DNA of 64,000 bases from Macrostomum lignano (GCA_002269645.1 NIVC01004017.1:1-64000); one strand, 5' to 3'. Positions 25,314 to 38,602 are shown, counted from the stretch's first letter. A program made the numbers and translations. Notes: generated by a model from the sequence alone, not told the origin.

Positions 25314-25729
25314 CACAGATGTAGAAGTGAGAGAGTAGCACAGAGATAGAGAGAGAGTAACACGGAGAGAGAGAGTAGCACAGAGATAGAAGAGAGAGTA
25401 GCACAGATGTAGAAGTGAGAGAGTAGCACAGAGATAGAGAGAGAGAGTAACACGGAGAGAGAGAGTAGCACAGATGTAGAAGTGAGAGAGTAGCACAGAG
25501 ATAGAGATAGAGTAACACGGAGATAGAGAGAGTAGCACAAATGTAGAAGTGAGAGAGTAGCACAGAGATAGAGAGAGTAGCACAAATGTAGAAGTGAGAG
25601 AGTAGCACAGAGATAGAGAGAGTAGCACAAATGTAGAAGTGAGAGAGTAGCACAAATGTAGAAGTGAGAGAGTAGCACAGATGTAGAAGTGAGAGAGTAA
25701 CACGGAGAGAGAGAGAGTAGCACAGAGAT

Positions 25730-25789
<60 letters not shown>

Positions 25790-26340
25790 CACAGATGTAG
25801 AAGTGAGAGAGTAGCACAGAGATAGAGAGAGAGTAACACGGAGAGAGAGAGTAGCACAGAGATAGAAGAGAGAGTAGCACAGATGTAGAAGTGAGAGAGT
25901 AGCACAGAGATAGAGAGAGAGAGTAACACGGAGAGAGAGAGTAGCACAGATGTAGAAGTGAGAGAGTAGCACAGAGATAGAGATAGAGTAACACGGAGAT
26001 AGAGAGAGTAGCACAAATGTAGAAGTGAGAGAGTAGCACAGAGATAGAGAGAGTAGCACAAATGTAGAAGTGAGAGAGTAGCACAGAGATAGAGAGAGTA
26101 GCACAAATGTAGAAGTGAGAGAGTAGCACAAATGTAGAAGTGAGAGAGTAGCACAGAGATAGGGAGAGTAGCACAAATGTAGAAGTGAGAGAGTAGCACA
26201 AATGTAGAAGTGAGAGAGTAGCACAGAGATAGGGAGAGTAGCACAAATGTAGAAGTGAGAGAGTAGCACAAATGTAGAAGTGAGAGAGTAGCACAGAGAT
26301 AGGGAGAGTAGCACAAATGTAGAAGTGAGAGAGTAGCACA
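24800..26340. repeat. Compound GAGAGAGTAGCACA minisatellite with embedded (GA)n runs
   Basis: Alternating GAGAGAGTAGCACAGATGTAGAAGT / GAGAGAGTAGCACAGAGATA units. Confidence 0.92.
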
Positions 26341-26417
26341 GTTATGAATAAAAAAGCACAGTCAACTCACAAAAGCAATGACAGAATATAAAAATATAAT
26401 AAAACAGATTGACTCAC

Positions 26418-26455
26418 TGAATTCTGGCGTTCCGTTGAGCAGCTGAGTGAGACAT
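26418..26455 (-). CDS. Weak candidate alternative first exon (MSHSAAQRNARI)
   Basis: CA|GTGAGT donor, phase 2, matching the acceptor at 20373; upstream out-of-frame ATGs weaken it. Confidence 0.25.
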
Positions 26456-26576
26456 CCATACGCAGACTTTGCCGTCTTCGACAATGTTCACTCCGAACTT
26501 AATCCATTATGTAAGACTTCATTAGCAGACGCTTAGCGGAGTTCATATTGTTTGCACTTCAGTGCTTAGTTTAAAC

Positions 26577-26610
<34 letters not shown>

Positions 26611-26641
26611 ATTATTTTCTTTAGCTTAGTTTGAAGTACTT

Positions 26642-26762
26642 TTTTATAACAGATGCAAGAAGGTGACTGGGAGAATAGATTTCCTACAGCTGAAATTGCT
26701 AGCTTTTCTAGAAAGGCACTGGCCTTCGCTGATTGGCCCTGTCTCAGCCAATAGAAAATTGG
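26642..26762 (-). promoter_or_regulatory. Possible promoter: TATAAAA plus three CCAAT boxes
   Basis: TATAAAA 26648-26642; ATTGG 26732, CCAAT 26748, ATTGG 26758. Confidence 0.25.
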
Positions 26763-26984
26763 TTAGATAACTAAAATGTGAGAATACATGTTTTAGCTTT
26801 GCATACTACTAGAATATCATTTTAATTGTACGTCGTATTGCTGTTGTGTTATCGATATTTTGCATAACTAACTTTATAAATATATAGCTCGTATAGAAAG
26901 TCAAAGGGTCGTAACTGTATATAGGGATTAAATGCAAAGAAGTAGATGGAGAGAAAATTGAAAATATCTCTCTATGGTGGAGAG

Positions 26985-28055
26985 GGAGTAGACGGGAGAG
27001 AGAGAAAAAAAGAGATAGAGGAAGAGAGGCCCTAGAGAGAGGGAGAGGGGAGAGAGGGAGAGGGAGAGAGGGAGAGGGAGAGAAGGGGGAGAGAGGAAGA
27101 GGGACAGAGGTAGAGATGGAGAGAGAGATAGACAGGAGGGAGAGAGGCAGAGATGGAGAGAGAGATAGACAGGAGGGAGAGAGGCAGAGATGGAGAGAGA
27201 GATAGACAGGAGGGGGAGAGGCAGAGATGGAGAGAGAGATAGACAGGAGGGAGAGAGGCAGAGATGGAGAGAGAGATAGACAGGAGGGAGAGAGGTAGAG
27301 ATGGAGAGAGAGATAGACAGGAGGGAGAGAGGCAGAGGTAGAGATTGAGATAGACAGGAGGGAGAGAGGCAGAGGTAGAGATTGAGATAGACAGGAGGGG
27401 GAGAGGCAGAGGTAGAGATTGAGAGAGAGAGAGATAGACAGGAGGGAGAGAGGCAGAGATGGAGAGAGAGATAGACAGGAGGGAGAGAGGCAGAGATGGA
27501 GAGAGAGATAGACAGGAGGGGGAGAGGCAGAGATGGAGAGAGAGATAGACAGGAGGGAGAGAGGCAGAGATGGAGAGAGAGATAGACAGGAGGGAGAGAG
27601 GCAGAGATGGAGAGAGAGATAGACAGGAGGGAGAGAGGCAGAGATGGAGAGAGAGATAGACAGGAGGGAGAGAGGCAGAGGTAGAGATTGAGATAGACAG
27701 GAGGGGGAGAGGCAGAGGTAGAGATTGAGAGAGAGAGATAGACAGGAGGGAGAGAGGCAGAGATGGAGAGAGAGAGATAGACAGGAGGGAGAGAGGCAGA
27801 GATGGAGAGAGAGATAGACAGGAGGGAGAGAGGCAGAGATGGAGAGAGAGATAGACAGGAGGGAGAGAGGCAGAGATGGAGAGAGAGATAGACAGGAGGG
27901 AGAGAGGCAGAGATGGAGAGAGAGATAGACAGGAGGGAGAGAGGCAGAGATGGAGAGAGAGATAGACAGGAGGGAGAGAGGCAGAGATGGAGAGAGATAG
28001 ACAGGAGGGAGAGAGGCAGAGATGGAGAGAGAGATAGACAGGGGGGAGAGAAAGG
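26985..28055. repeat. 37-bp purine-rich minisatellite
   Basis: Unit GAGAGAGATAGACAGGAGGGAGAGAGGCAGAGATGGA. Confidence 0.93.
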
Positions 28056-28674
28056 AGAGATACAAGAGGTAGATAGAAAAAGGAGCTATTCCAGACAGAA
28101 ACGGCAGGGAGGTAGGGTGCAGCCGAGAGTGGATAGAGCTGACAGAGACACAAAGAATCGCTAGAGCACAGGAAAGTAATCTAAATAAAGTCTGAGATAG
28201 CGGGCCGCAGAGGTCAAAGCACATTCAATGCTTAGGAAATTTTAAAATAAGCACAATAAAAAACCTGTAAATAGGAGCGGAAGATCGCCTCAATTGACTG
28301 GCATGCTATATACTCAAGAGGATTAGCCGGCCCCGGCTCCCAAGATAATATTTGATGAAAATCTATTTAGCAACACAAGGGAACTGACGTTTCACAAGTG
28401 AAGTGTAGTTTGAATAAAAACTGTTTAATATGCACTGCTGTTAACTATCACCGCGGACTCTAGGGGTTTGGGGTTCGAGTCAAGGAATTGAAACTGATGC
28501 ATTCCTATTCCTATAGCATTGATTATAAATACTAATTATCGGTTGTAAATAGCAATATACATGTGTCTTGCTCTAGATTAATTCACAACAAAATAACTAA
28601 CTACATGTATGCACTTAAAAATAAATAATAAAAAGAAAAAAACTGTTTAAGATCCTCTGATTTCACTCAACAGC

Positions 28675-29210
28675 ACAAAGAGTGGGTCTAGCAATCCAGT
28701 GAAAGTTACGGAGAGTGGGTCTAGCAATCCATTGAAGGTTATGGAGAGCGGGTCTAGCAATCCACTGAATGTAATAGAGAGCGGGTCTAGCAATCCACTG
28801 AATGTAATAGAGAGCGGGTCTAGCAATCCACTGAATGTTATGGTAGAGAGGGTCTAGCAATCCACAGAAGATTAGGGTAGAGAGGGTCTAGCAATCCACA
28901 GAAGATTAGGCTAGAGAGGGTCTAGCAATCCACAGAAGATTAGGCTAGAGAGGGTCTAGCAATCCACAGAAGATTAGGCTAGAGAGGGTCTAGCAATCCA
29001 CAGAAGATTAGGGTAGAGAGGGTCTAGCAATCCACAGAAGATTAGGGTAGAGAGGGTCTAGCAATCCACAAAAGATTAGGGTAGAGAGGGTCTAGCAATC
29101 CACTGAATGTTATGGAGAGAGGGTCTAGCAATCCACTGAATGTAATGGAGGGTCTAGCAATCCACTAGATTGAATTTAATAGAGAGGGTCTAGCAATCCA
29201 CTGAATGTTA
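28675..29210. repeat. 33-34-bp minisatellite
   Basis: Core GGGTCTAGCAATCCAC. Confidence 0.92.
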
Positions 29211-29754
29211 TCGAGCATGGATCAATAGCTAGTATATTAGCACAGGCGATTTAACTACAGCCTTTCCCAAGGCCATTCCCATATTTTGAGGTCACAGAGA
29301 CAAAAAATCAGGGGATTAAGATAAACAGATTTCGCTCGTCAAAGCTCAACTCAAACCTATCCACGTGATGCCGGCTCATAGGCCAGAGGGATGAGCAGCT
29401 GGGCTCAATAAGTGCATGCCTTCCTTTTATCAGCATGAAATAGATAAATCTACGAATGAAACTACACCTAAGCTGTGATTTATACATATGGCAACCGCAT
29501 CTTAGTACCTGTCTGGCTGAGCAAAACTCCAAGCTAATATTGACTAAAACTGAAGCTCGGCAGCATATGCTGCCTATATAGCTAGCATCATCTTAAGTAG
29601 CATATCATTGTTCAAATATAATGCTTTTATAATTTCATAGATAGTTGCCAAGGTAAATATGAACTCAAATAATAAGATAAGAAGGTTACCTGGCGTTGAC
29701 ACAAGGTTGCCGATTTTATATCAGCTTATATACCAGGTGGGATACTGCACGTAG

Positions 29755-31185
29755 CATGTGGGATTTCCAGAATGGGGAGTTTACTAAATGGGATATTTCC
29801 AGAATAAGGAATCTACTAAATGGGATTTCCAGAATAGGAAATCTACTGAATGGGATATTTCCAGAATGGGGAATTTACTAAATGGGATTTCCAGAATAGG
29901 GAATCTACTAAATGGGATTTCCGGAATAGGGAATCTACTAAATGGGATATTTCCAGGATGGGGAATCTACTAAATGGGATTTCCAGAATAGGGAATCTAC
30001 TAAATGGGATATTTCCAGAAGAGGGAATCTACTAAATGGGATTTCCAGAATAGGGAATCTACTAAATGGGATTTCCAGAATAGGGAATCTACTAAATGGG
30101 ATTTCCAGAATAGGGAATCTACTGAATTGGATATTTCCAGAATGGGGAATTTACTAAATGGGATTTCCAGAATAGGGAATCTACTAAATGGGATTTCCGG
30201 AATAGGGAATCTACTAAATGGGATTTCCAGAATAGGGAATCTACTAAATGGGATTTCCAGAATAGGGAATCTACTGAATTGGATATTTCCAGAATGGGGA
30301 ATTTACTAAATGGGATTTCCAGAATAGGGAATCTACTAAATGGGATTTCCAGAATAGGGAATCTACTAAATGGGATTTCCAGAATAGGGAATCTACTGAA
30401 TGGGATACTTCCAGAATGGGGAATTTACTAAATGGGATTTCCAGAATAGGGAATCTACTAAATGGGATTTCCGGAATAGGGAATCTACTAAATGGGATAT
30501 TTCCAGGATGGGGAATCTACTAAATGGGATTTCCAGAATGGGGAATCTACTAAATGGGATTTCCAGAATAGGGAATCTACTAAATGGGATTTCCAGGATG
30601 GGGAATCTACTAAATGGGATTTCCAGAATAGGGAATCTACTAAATGGGATATTTCCAGGATGGGGAATCTACTAAATGGGATTTACAGAATGGGGAATCT
30701 ACTAAATGGGATTTCCAGAATAGGGAATCTACTAAATGGGATATTTCCAGAATAGGGAATCTACTAAATGGGATTTCCAGAATAGGGAATCTACTAAATG
30801 GGATTTCCGGAATAGGGAATCTACTAAATGGGATTTCCAGGATGGGGAATCTACTAAATGGGAATTCCAGGATGGGGAATCTACTAAATGGGATTTCCAG
30901 AATAGGGAATCTACTAAATGGGATATTTCCAGAATAGGGAATCTACTAAATGGGATATTTCCAGAATAGGGAATCTAATAAATGGGATATTTCCAGAAGA
31001 ATAGGGAATCTACTAAATGGGATTTCCAGAATAGGGAATCTACTAAATGGGATATTTCCAGAATAGGGAATCTACTAAATGGGATATTTCCAGAATAGGG
31101 AATCTACTAAATGGGATTTCAAGAATAGGGAATCTACTAAATGGGATTTCCAGAATAGGGAATCTACTAAATGGGATTTCCAAGA
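29755..31185. repeat. 30/32-bp minisatellite
   Basis: Unit ATGGGA(TA)TTTCCAGAATAGGGAATCTACTAA. Confidence 0.95.
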
Positions 31186-31266
31186 TGGGATATATACAGA
31201 ATTCAGTTAAACATTTTGAACATCAATAATAATAATTGAATTATACAAAGCTACAAGGATGCTCAC

Positions 31267-31790
31267 CCAGCGGAAGCCAGCATTTTCTTGCACCGATCCA
31301 ACTGACTACTCAAATTAAACAGCTGAGTAGTAGTAAACAGATGATTCGCCGAGGCGAATGCAGTTTCGCAGCCATTCAACTCGTCGACAAGATCAGCGGC
31401 GTTGTCCATCACAATAGCCGAATACTGGGGCAGATCGATAGAAGCTGGCTGCTGCTGCTGATGAGCTGTTTGGAAGTCAACAAACGGACCCGAGCCGCCC
31501 GAAGAAGTCCGACTGCGCGCGGCCGTGGCGCTCCGAGGAAACCGCTGCCCGATGGAGTCAGTCAGGCGTTGCAGGCGCTGCTTCAGCTCGGCGGCCAGAC
31601 GATCGCGCTGCGAATCGGCCGTGGAGCGGATTCGAACCACGGACGCCTTGGCCGAGTCGGAGGCTATTGCTACAGTTGACGAAGGCTCGGCTGTAGCCGG
31701 GGGTCGCCAGTTGAGGCAGTCGAGGTCGCGAAAGCCTCTGCGCTGCAGCTGCTCAGTCAGGGAGGCGATTCTTCGCTCCGATGCCGGTTG
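31267..31790 (-). CDS. DMD: Dystrophin exon (divergent rod region)
   Basis: TTCCCTAG|CAA at 31791; GG|GTGAGC at 31266; 174 open codons; phases 0/2. Confidence 0.82.
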
Positions 31791-32505
31791 CTAGGGAAGC
31801 GAATGTTGGAAAATGAAGCTGGATATATACTACTACTAACCAGGCCAAGAATATAGATTTAGTACTAATTAGATGACGAGGCATTTAGCCTTTATAAGAC
31901 ATGCAAGTTACTCCTGCCGTTTACCCAAAGTGGTATTAATTTACTTTAGGGTTTCTTTCTTAGGTACGTCGCATTTTTGGTCAAAAAGTAAGTCGCGTGG
32001 CCAGTGTAAATCAGGGGGGGGGGAGTTGCACATGTGCGACGAGATGTCACGGTACGAGCCGCCTAACCGTCCTCAAAGAGTCGCTAAAAAGTCAATTTGA
32101 GGCGTTTTATTGTCTATGACTCTGTGACTCTGATGAATTAGAATTGCATTTCGCATTTGATAACAACTCTATTTAGTCTACTTGACTCAGTAGAAAGTTA
32201 AGCGCAAACGCAACGATTCTTGGACGACTTTTTCGCGACTCTCCGATTGTCACGGTAACATTTTTAATCACCATAAATGAGTTGCTATGCATGGTTTGGT
32301 AAAATTTGGTAAGAGTGTACTTGTATAGTAATGGAAAAAAATGAATATTCACAGGTAGGTTGCGGGAATCCTGACAACGACACAAGCTTAATTTAAGCTA
32401 AAGCTGAGGTCTCCATTATTAAATCCGAGGCTCTGAGGTCAACTGAAGGTCAGGTGCACTTTAATAGTAAAACAAATAGAAGGATCTCATTAGGAAGTGA
32501 CTCAC

Positions 32506-32622
32506 CTGACCAGAAGAGGCCACCTGCTCCTGCAGCGAGACCAACTCAGTCGCTAACTGGTGAGTCGAATTGAGAAACGACACCTCCTTGTCTAAGAAGG
32601 CAATTTTATCGCGCCAGAATGA
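32506..32622 (-). CDS. DMD: Dystrophin exon (39 codons, SFWRDKIAFLDKEV...)
   Basis: ATTTTCAG|TCA at 32623; CAG|GTGAGT at 32505; phase 0-0; too short for the ORF track. Confidence 0.82.
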
Positions 32623-32634
32623 CTGAAAATTGTG

Positions 32635-33115
32635 CGAAAAAATCGATAACTGAGTTAAAAATCGATAATTAACTTTAAAAATCGATAAGTGAATTTAAAA
32701 AATCGATAATTAAGGTAAAAATCGATGATTGAGTTAAAAATCGATGATTGAGTTAAAAATCGATAAGTGAGTTTAAAAAACCGATAATTGAGGTAAAAAT
32801 CGATAATTGAGATAAAAATCGATAACTGAGTTAAAAATCGATAATTAAGTTTAAAAATCGATAAGTGAGGTAAAAATCGATAATTAAGTTTAAAAATCGA
32901 TAAGTGAGTTTAAAAAACCGATAATTGAGGTAAAAATCGATAATTGAGATAAAAATCGATAACTCAGTTAAAAATCGATAATTAAGTTTAAAAATCGATA
33001 AGTGAGGTAAAAATCGATAATTAAGTTTAAAAATTGATAAGTGAGTTTAAAAAATCGATAATTGAGGTAAAAATCGATAATTGAGTTAAAAATCGATGAT
33101 TGAGCTAAAATATTT
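32635..33115. repeat. 19-bp minisatellite with ATCGAT core
   Basis: Unit AAAAATCGATAATTGAGTT; starts about 12 nt from the acceptor at 32623. Confidence 0.92.
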
Positions 33116-33280
33116 ATAACTGAGTATAAAAATGTAAAAAAAACTTGCTACTAGATAATAAACTGATTTCATTACAAATATAATTACAGGAAAATCATTT
33201 TGCTTTTTAAAGAAAAAAACTTGTATTTAAGAAGAAAATAATTTTTTGTTTTCAAGAATTAACTAAACAACAAGGTGGAG

Positions 33281-33575
33281 GTCTTCTTTATTTGAGGCTG
33301 TTCCTGTGGCACCCTGTGTGCACTTTAAGCGACATTGTCACACAACCGGCGAGAGGCATTGCTGCCCATTCCACAGCGCGCGGATACCTACGCAGTCATA
33401 CTCATACGCACAGGCACACACTCACACAGGAGTGTACAGCGGCCCTAACTTTATTGATGGTAAGGCATGTACACTTCACTCACTGTGCCTTGGGGGGGGG
33501 GGTGGCCCTCAAGCGGGGTGTTAATTGCACGAGCAGAGCCAAGCCGAGACTCCAATTTCAAACTGAGTTTCCAAT
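33281..33575 (-). mobile_element. SINE family A copy (5' truncated)
   Basis: Shares CACTTTAAGCGACA...ACAGGAGTGTACAGCGGCCCTAACTTTA...GCCAAGCCGAGA with the 62176 copy. Confidence 0.75.
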
Positions 33576-33627
33576 CGTATTTCTAAGAATCCTAATCCCA
33601 AGAAATCCGAAGCGTCCGAAGACTCAC

Positions 33628-33822
33628 CTGCAGCTGCAGCAGTTCATGCCGATGCGACAGCACAGACGGCGGTAGAATGTTTGGCGACACCCAGCCGTCT
33701 CCGTCGCTTTCGGAGAAGCCAGCGGCCTCCTCGTCGACACTGGCGCTGGGATAAGCGGCATTGAATTCGGCTACTGCGGAGCCGATGTCCTTGGTGATTA
33801 AACCGAATTGACCGCGAAAAAA
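33628..33822 (-). CDS. DMD: Dystrophin exon
   Basis: TATTTGCAG|TTT at 33823; CAG|GTGAGT at 33627; phase 0-0. Confidence 0.82.
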
Positions 33823-35808
33823 CTGCAAATACAATTTTTGTACAGATTAATAAATTAACTGCTCTAATTTTCACAATATCAGGCGACACTATAGAAGCAG
33901 TTGAGTACATAAAACCGGTATGCAGGATAGATATTGTAATGATAATTCAATCAAATCAAGAAAAATATTAGCGTATTATACTCAAGGACTACTCATGTAG
34001 TAGGATTGGAAACTAAGTTTCTTGGAGACGTTACGATAGGATACGAGACGGGCCATAGACAGTATAATAACTAGATGGGCCACTCGGCACATTTGCGTGT
34101 AAGCTACTTTCAGTTCAGTAGTAGGCTAGACAAGCATTTTAATGTATTTTTGAAGCCAGGGCTCATTTATTGGCTCTTCCCCCTCCCACCTCCAGTTTAA
34201 ACCCTCCAATCGCACCGCGCCTTTCCCTCTACCCACGGGACGAGCCCAATTTTTATTGCCTTTCTCGGAATTCCAGCCTAAAGCTGCCATGTACATTTCG
34301 GTGGACTGGCCAATGTACATTCTGGCTGAACCAATTAGCAAGTTGTTTACGCCTGTAAGCTTGGGTTCTTGGCTTCTAAACTTATCAAAGCTGGCTTTAC
34401 TTTTATAAAATAGCTTATGCATTCTTCTTTGCTACTGAACTGAAAGTAATAACACATTTTGCTCTGAAAAAATATTACAACCCTGTAATTTATTTCTTCG
34501 ATAAAACCTGCGTCCTAATTTTTTTTCAAGAAACATAGTTTCCCGTACTACCCGAGTAGTACGACCTTGGTATTACTATCGGTAGCGCGGCTGGTAAGAA
34601 CCCTATTTACACACACTCTATCTTATCTTAAGTAGGGTATCAAAAGTAAAAAAGTTCAAGATCCTCAAGAAGGTGCTTTTTAAAAAGCAAAGCGACATTT
34701 CTAGAAAATTAATCAGTGAAAATACCCAAATTTCAAAGCACTGAGTTACTCAATCAAGACTGCAAACGCTTTAAAAAGATATTGTTACTCGTAAGTTTTA
34801 GCGAGAAAAAAGCCAACATGTTCACGCCACTCTGCTCTCCATTGCGATGGATTACTAATTGATCAGAACGGCCAAAATAACGTTTACGATTGGCCGCATT
34901 ATAACAATCATTGAATGCTAAGCGCAGTCTAAAAGCCACACGTGTTAAGTTAAAAAAGAAACGATTCAGGATAATGCCTTAAAATTTCAATTTGCGATCA
35001 AATGCGCCGATGCTACTACTGAGTTCCACTACATCAGTAGTTAAAAAATCAAATTCAAACGCATAAAATGTTTCTAATGTTTTAATTAATTAACTTTTTT
35101 ATCCGTATACTCGTTCTCTCTACTGATGACGTCACTATTAGTAGCATCACCCGAGAATCAATTTAAGAAAATTTGGATTTAAAATTCTATAAAATCTAAA
35201 TAATTAATGATTTTAATAGACTTGAAGTGTTGGTAATTTGTGCTGGACAACAATAATATGGTTGATAGAGATGGGAAACAGTTTGCAAAAATATTTTTGC
35301 AGTGAAGTCTTTTATTTATTTCCATAAGAGAAGAGAAAGTTTAATTGGTCCAGCCAAAACTATAAGGAATGCATATTTAATTTTTCGTTTAAAATGCACT
35401 AAGTGAAAAAACTAACAGCTAAATCGCGAGTTTTATTTTTCTTGACTACAAGACAAAGATAATAAGCCAATAACGTGCTGCAATTGGTATTGACCAAGTA
35501 ATATATAAATATGATATTTCGATGCAAATCTAATTTAAAAAAAATTAACATGCATTATAATACTCGTTAAATATAAAGGCAATGCTTAAATAAGGAAATA
35601 TATTGTAATTTATTTTTACGTAAGTTATAACAGTAAATAATATATAAGATAATAATATTTAAAATATCCGATAATATGAAACTTTATTTTACAAAAAAGA
35701 GCCAAGCAGATGATTATTAAATTAGCTACACATCTTTATTTTATTTCTAATCTGTTTCCTAATTTCGCTCAACACACGGTCGCCAGCAGTTAGCGGTCAC
35801 AAACTTAC

Positions 35809-35832
35809 TGAATTGCAAAAGTCCGAAAATAT
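35809..35832 (-). CDS. Candidate 24-nt microexon (IFSDFCNS)
   Basis: TTGTTTATTTGCAG|ATATTTTCGGACTTTTGCAATTCA|GTAAGT; phase 0-0 between two phase-0 exons. Confidence 0.5.
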
Positions 35833-36211
35833 CTGCAAATAAACAATTATTATTAAGGAGTTTATAAATAATTAAATAAATAAAATAAATAAACAGCGTC
35901 GATACAGAGTCGATAAATAACTTTTACATGGTTTGTGTGCATAAATTTCTTTTTACTTGGGTTAGCAGTGAGTTTTGCCCAGCATTTGTTTTGGTGCAAT
36001 CAATCAGGTTGTAAAATTTGATTTGAAATTATATCGAAAATTGTGTCGTTTGTTTAAATACGAGTGTTTATATACAGACGCGCGAACGAATATTTTTATG
36101 ATTAATTTATCTGTCAAACCGATACTCAAATGACTCTACTTACAGTAGAAAGTGAAACATTTTCTAATACTTCTGATTTTATAGGTCAGCTAAATAAAAA
36201 TGTTTACTTAC

Positions 36212-36460
36212 CTCAGCTTGTACGCGAATTTGTGCAACGCTGTTCACGCTTGCTAAAGAGTCGCGCATCAGCTGTGCGCCACGAACAAGATCTTCAATTT
36301 GTCCGCGAATCACATTTAAACGCTCTTTAGCTACGGCTATGCTAGTTGATGGAGACTGGGGCACAGATGATGGAGCTTGATTTTGAACTGCGACGCTCTG
36401 TTGCGGCGACATGGAGTCTTCAATAGCGCCGTCTGCACTCTTGTCGCTTGTTAGTAGACT
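36212..36460 (-). CDS. DMD: Dystrophin exon (hinge-like, Ser/Pro-rich)
   Basis: TAATTTCCAG|AGT at 36461; GAG|GTAAGT at 36211; phase 0-0. Confidence 0.85.
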
Positions 36461-36614
36461 CTGGAAATTAAAACAAATAAATACAAGCATCCATGCACTC
36501 ACAGTTAACTTTATGCACTTACTTATAATATTGCTAAATAAATATAATAAATGTTTTAAACCATATTAATAGAAATAAAAACGTAGGAAGAACTTGGTCC
36601 TAAGGATAAGGTAA

Positions 36615-37890
36615 GTGCAGTTTCTCTGTGTTTATGGGTGTGTTTCTATCTCAGTTTCCCTGTGTTTATGGGTGTGTTTCTATATCAGTTTCCCTGTGTT
36701 AATGGGTGTGTTTCTATATCAGTTTCCCTGTGTTTATGGGTGTGTTTCTATATCAGTTTCTCTGTGTTTATGGGTGTGTTTCTATATCAGTTTCCCTGTG
36801 TTTATGGGTGTGTTTCTATATCAGTTTCTCTGTGTTTATGGGTGTGTTTCTATCTCAGTTTCCCTGTGTTTATGGGTGTGTTTCTATATCAGTTTCCCTG
36901 TGTTAATGGGTGTGTTTCTATATCAGTTTCTCTGTGTTTATGGGTGTGTTTCTATCTCAGTTTCCCTGTGTTTATGGGTGTGTTTCTATATCAGTTTCTC
37001 TGTGTTTATGGGTGTGTTTCTATCTCAGTTTCCCTGTGTTTATGGGTGTGTTTCTATATCAGTTTCTCTGTGTTTATGGGTGTGTTTCTATATCAGTTTC
37101 CCTGTGTTTATGGGTGTGTTTCTATATCAGTTTCTCTGTGTTTATGGGTGTGTTTCTATATCAGTTTCCCTGTGTTAATGGCTGTGTTTCTATCTCAGTT
37201 TCCCTGTGTTTATGGGTGTGTTTCTATTTTAGTTTCCATGTGTTTATGGGTGTGTTTCTATATCAGTTTCTCTGTGTTTATGGGTGTGTTTCTATATCAG
37301 TTTCCCTGTGTTAATGAGTGTGTTTCTATCTCAGTTTCCCTGTGTTTATGGGTGTGTTTCTATATCAGTTTCCCTGTGTTAATGGGTGTGTTTCTATCTC
37401 AGTTTCCCTGTGTTTATGGGTGTGTTTCTATTTTAGTTTCCATGTGTTTATGGGTGTGTTTCTATATCAGTTTCTCTGTGTTTATGGGTGTGTTTCTATA
37501 TCAGTTTCCCTGTGTTAATGGGTGTGTTTCTATCTCAGTTTCCCTGTGTTTATGGGTGTGTTTCTATTTTAGTTTCCATGTGTTTATGGGTGTGTTTCTA
37601 TCTCAGTTTCCCTGTGTTTATGGGTGTGTTTCTATCTCAGTTTCCCTGTGTTTATGGGTGTGTTTCTATCTCAGTTTCCCTGTGTTTATAGGCGTGTTTC
37701 TATACTATTTTCCTTGTGTTTATGGGTGTGTCTACCTCATTTTCCCTGTTTATGGGCGTGTGTCTTCCTCAGTTTCCATGTTTTTATGGGTGTGTTTCTA
37801 TCTCAGTTTCCATGTGTTTATGCGTGTGTTTCTATCTCAGTTTCCACGTGTTTATGGGTGTGTTTCTATTTCAGTTTCCCTGTGTTTTTG
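36615..37890. repeat. 34-bp minisatellite
   Basis: Unit GTTTCCCTGTGTTTATGGGTGTGTTTCTATATCA. Confidence 0.95.
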
Positions 37891-38253
37891 TGTGTGTTTC
37901 AACTTTTAGTTTCTACGTGTTCCCATGTACATTTCTTTGTTTTTTGCCTTAGAAGCTGTCTGTTTGACATCAGCTCTCGCGGCAAAAAAGCATGCATATG
38001 GCGATCAATCAAAAGAAATTGCAACCCACATATAGCTACATAAAAAGTACAAAGTTCCCTTTTAAATAGAAAAAAAATCACAAAAAGAGGCTGTTGCTTT
38101 TTTACTCTCGGTTCAATATTAGTTAGCAGCGCTAAGGACTTCGGTCTTAAAACAAAAAAATTGTTTGACAGATGACTATTTGATTTATGATATTGAAATT
38201 GCTCATTAATAAATAGCGGCAGTGCAATACGGCACTGATATTTTTGAACAAAC

Positions 38254-38490
38254 CTCCAATTTTTCATCGACGATATCCAATCTCTCAAGGGCTACAGCAG
38301 CAGCTTCTGACACGTCCGCAGGGGTCACCGAGGCGGCGCCACCGACAGTTGACTGGGGCAGCGACGGCTGCTGCTGCTGCTGCTTCGAAGTCGGGCTGCC
38401 GTGCTGAGCAGCAGCACCGATCAGGCTGGCAGCAGCGTCGCGAACTTCGCCAACTCGAGACCGAACTTCGGATAGCTCATGCTGGAGATT
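38254..38490 (-). CDS. DMD: Dystrophin exon (about R15)
   Basis: CCCTCCGCAG|AAT at 38491; GAG|GTTTGT at 38253; '[23 protein letters not shown]' resembles human 'RLKAELNDIRPKVDSTRDQAANL'. Confidence 0.87.
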
Positions 38491-38503
38491 CTGCGGAGGG
38501 GTG

Positions 38504-38504
<1 letters not shown>

Positions 38505-38543
<39 letters not shown>

Positions 38544-38602
38544 GATAGATGGATAGATAGATAGATAGATAGATGGATAGATAGATAGATAGATAGATAG
38601 AC

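Noticed and set aside
20538-28224. Long Leu/Ser/Phe-rich ORFs (586, 539, 513, 506, 471 aa)
   Set aside because: Low-complexity satellite translations that lack stops because of base composition.
28675-31185. Regular ~30-34-bp repeats resembling a CRISPR array
   Set aside because: Units are head-to-tail with no unique spacers, there are no cas genes, and the context is a eukaryotic intron.
32635-33115. Clustered ATCGATA motifs resembling DRE/BEAF-32 sites
   Set aside because: A by-product of the 19-bp unit; those factors are insect-characterised and nothing here supports function.
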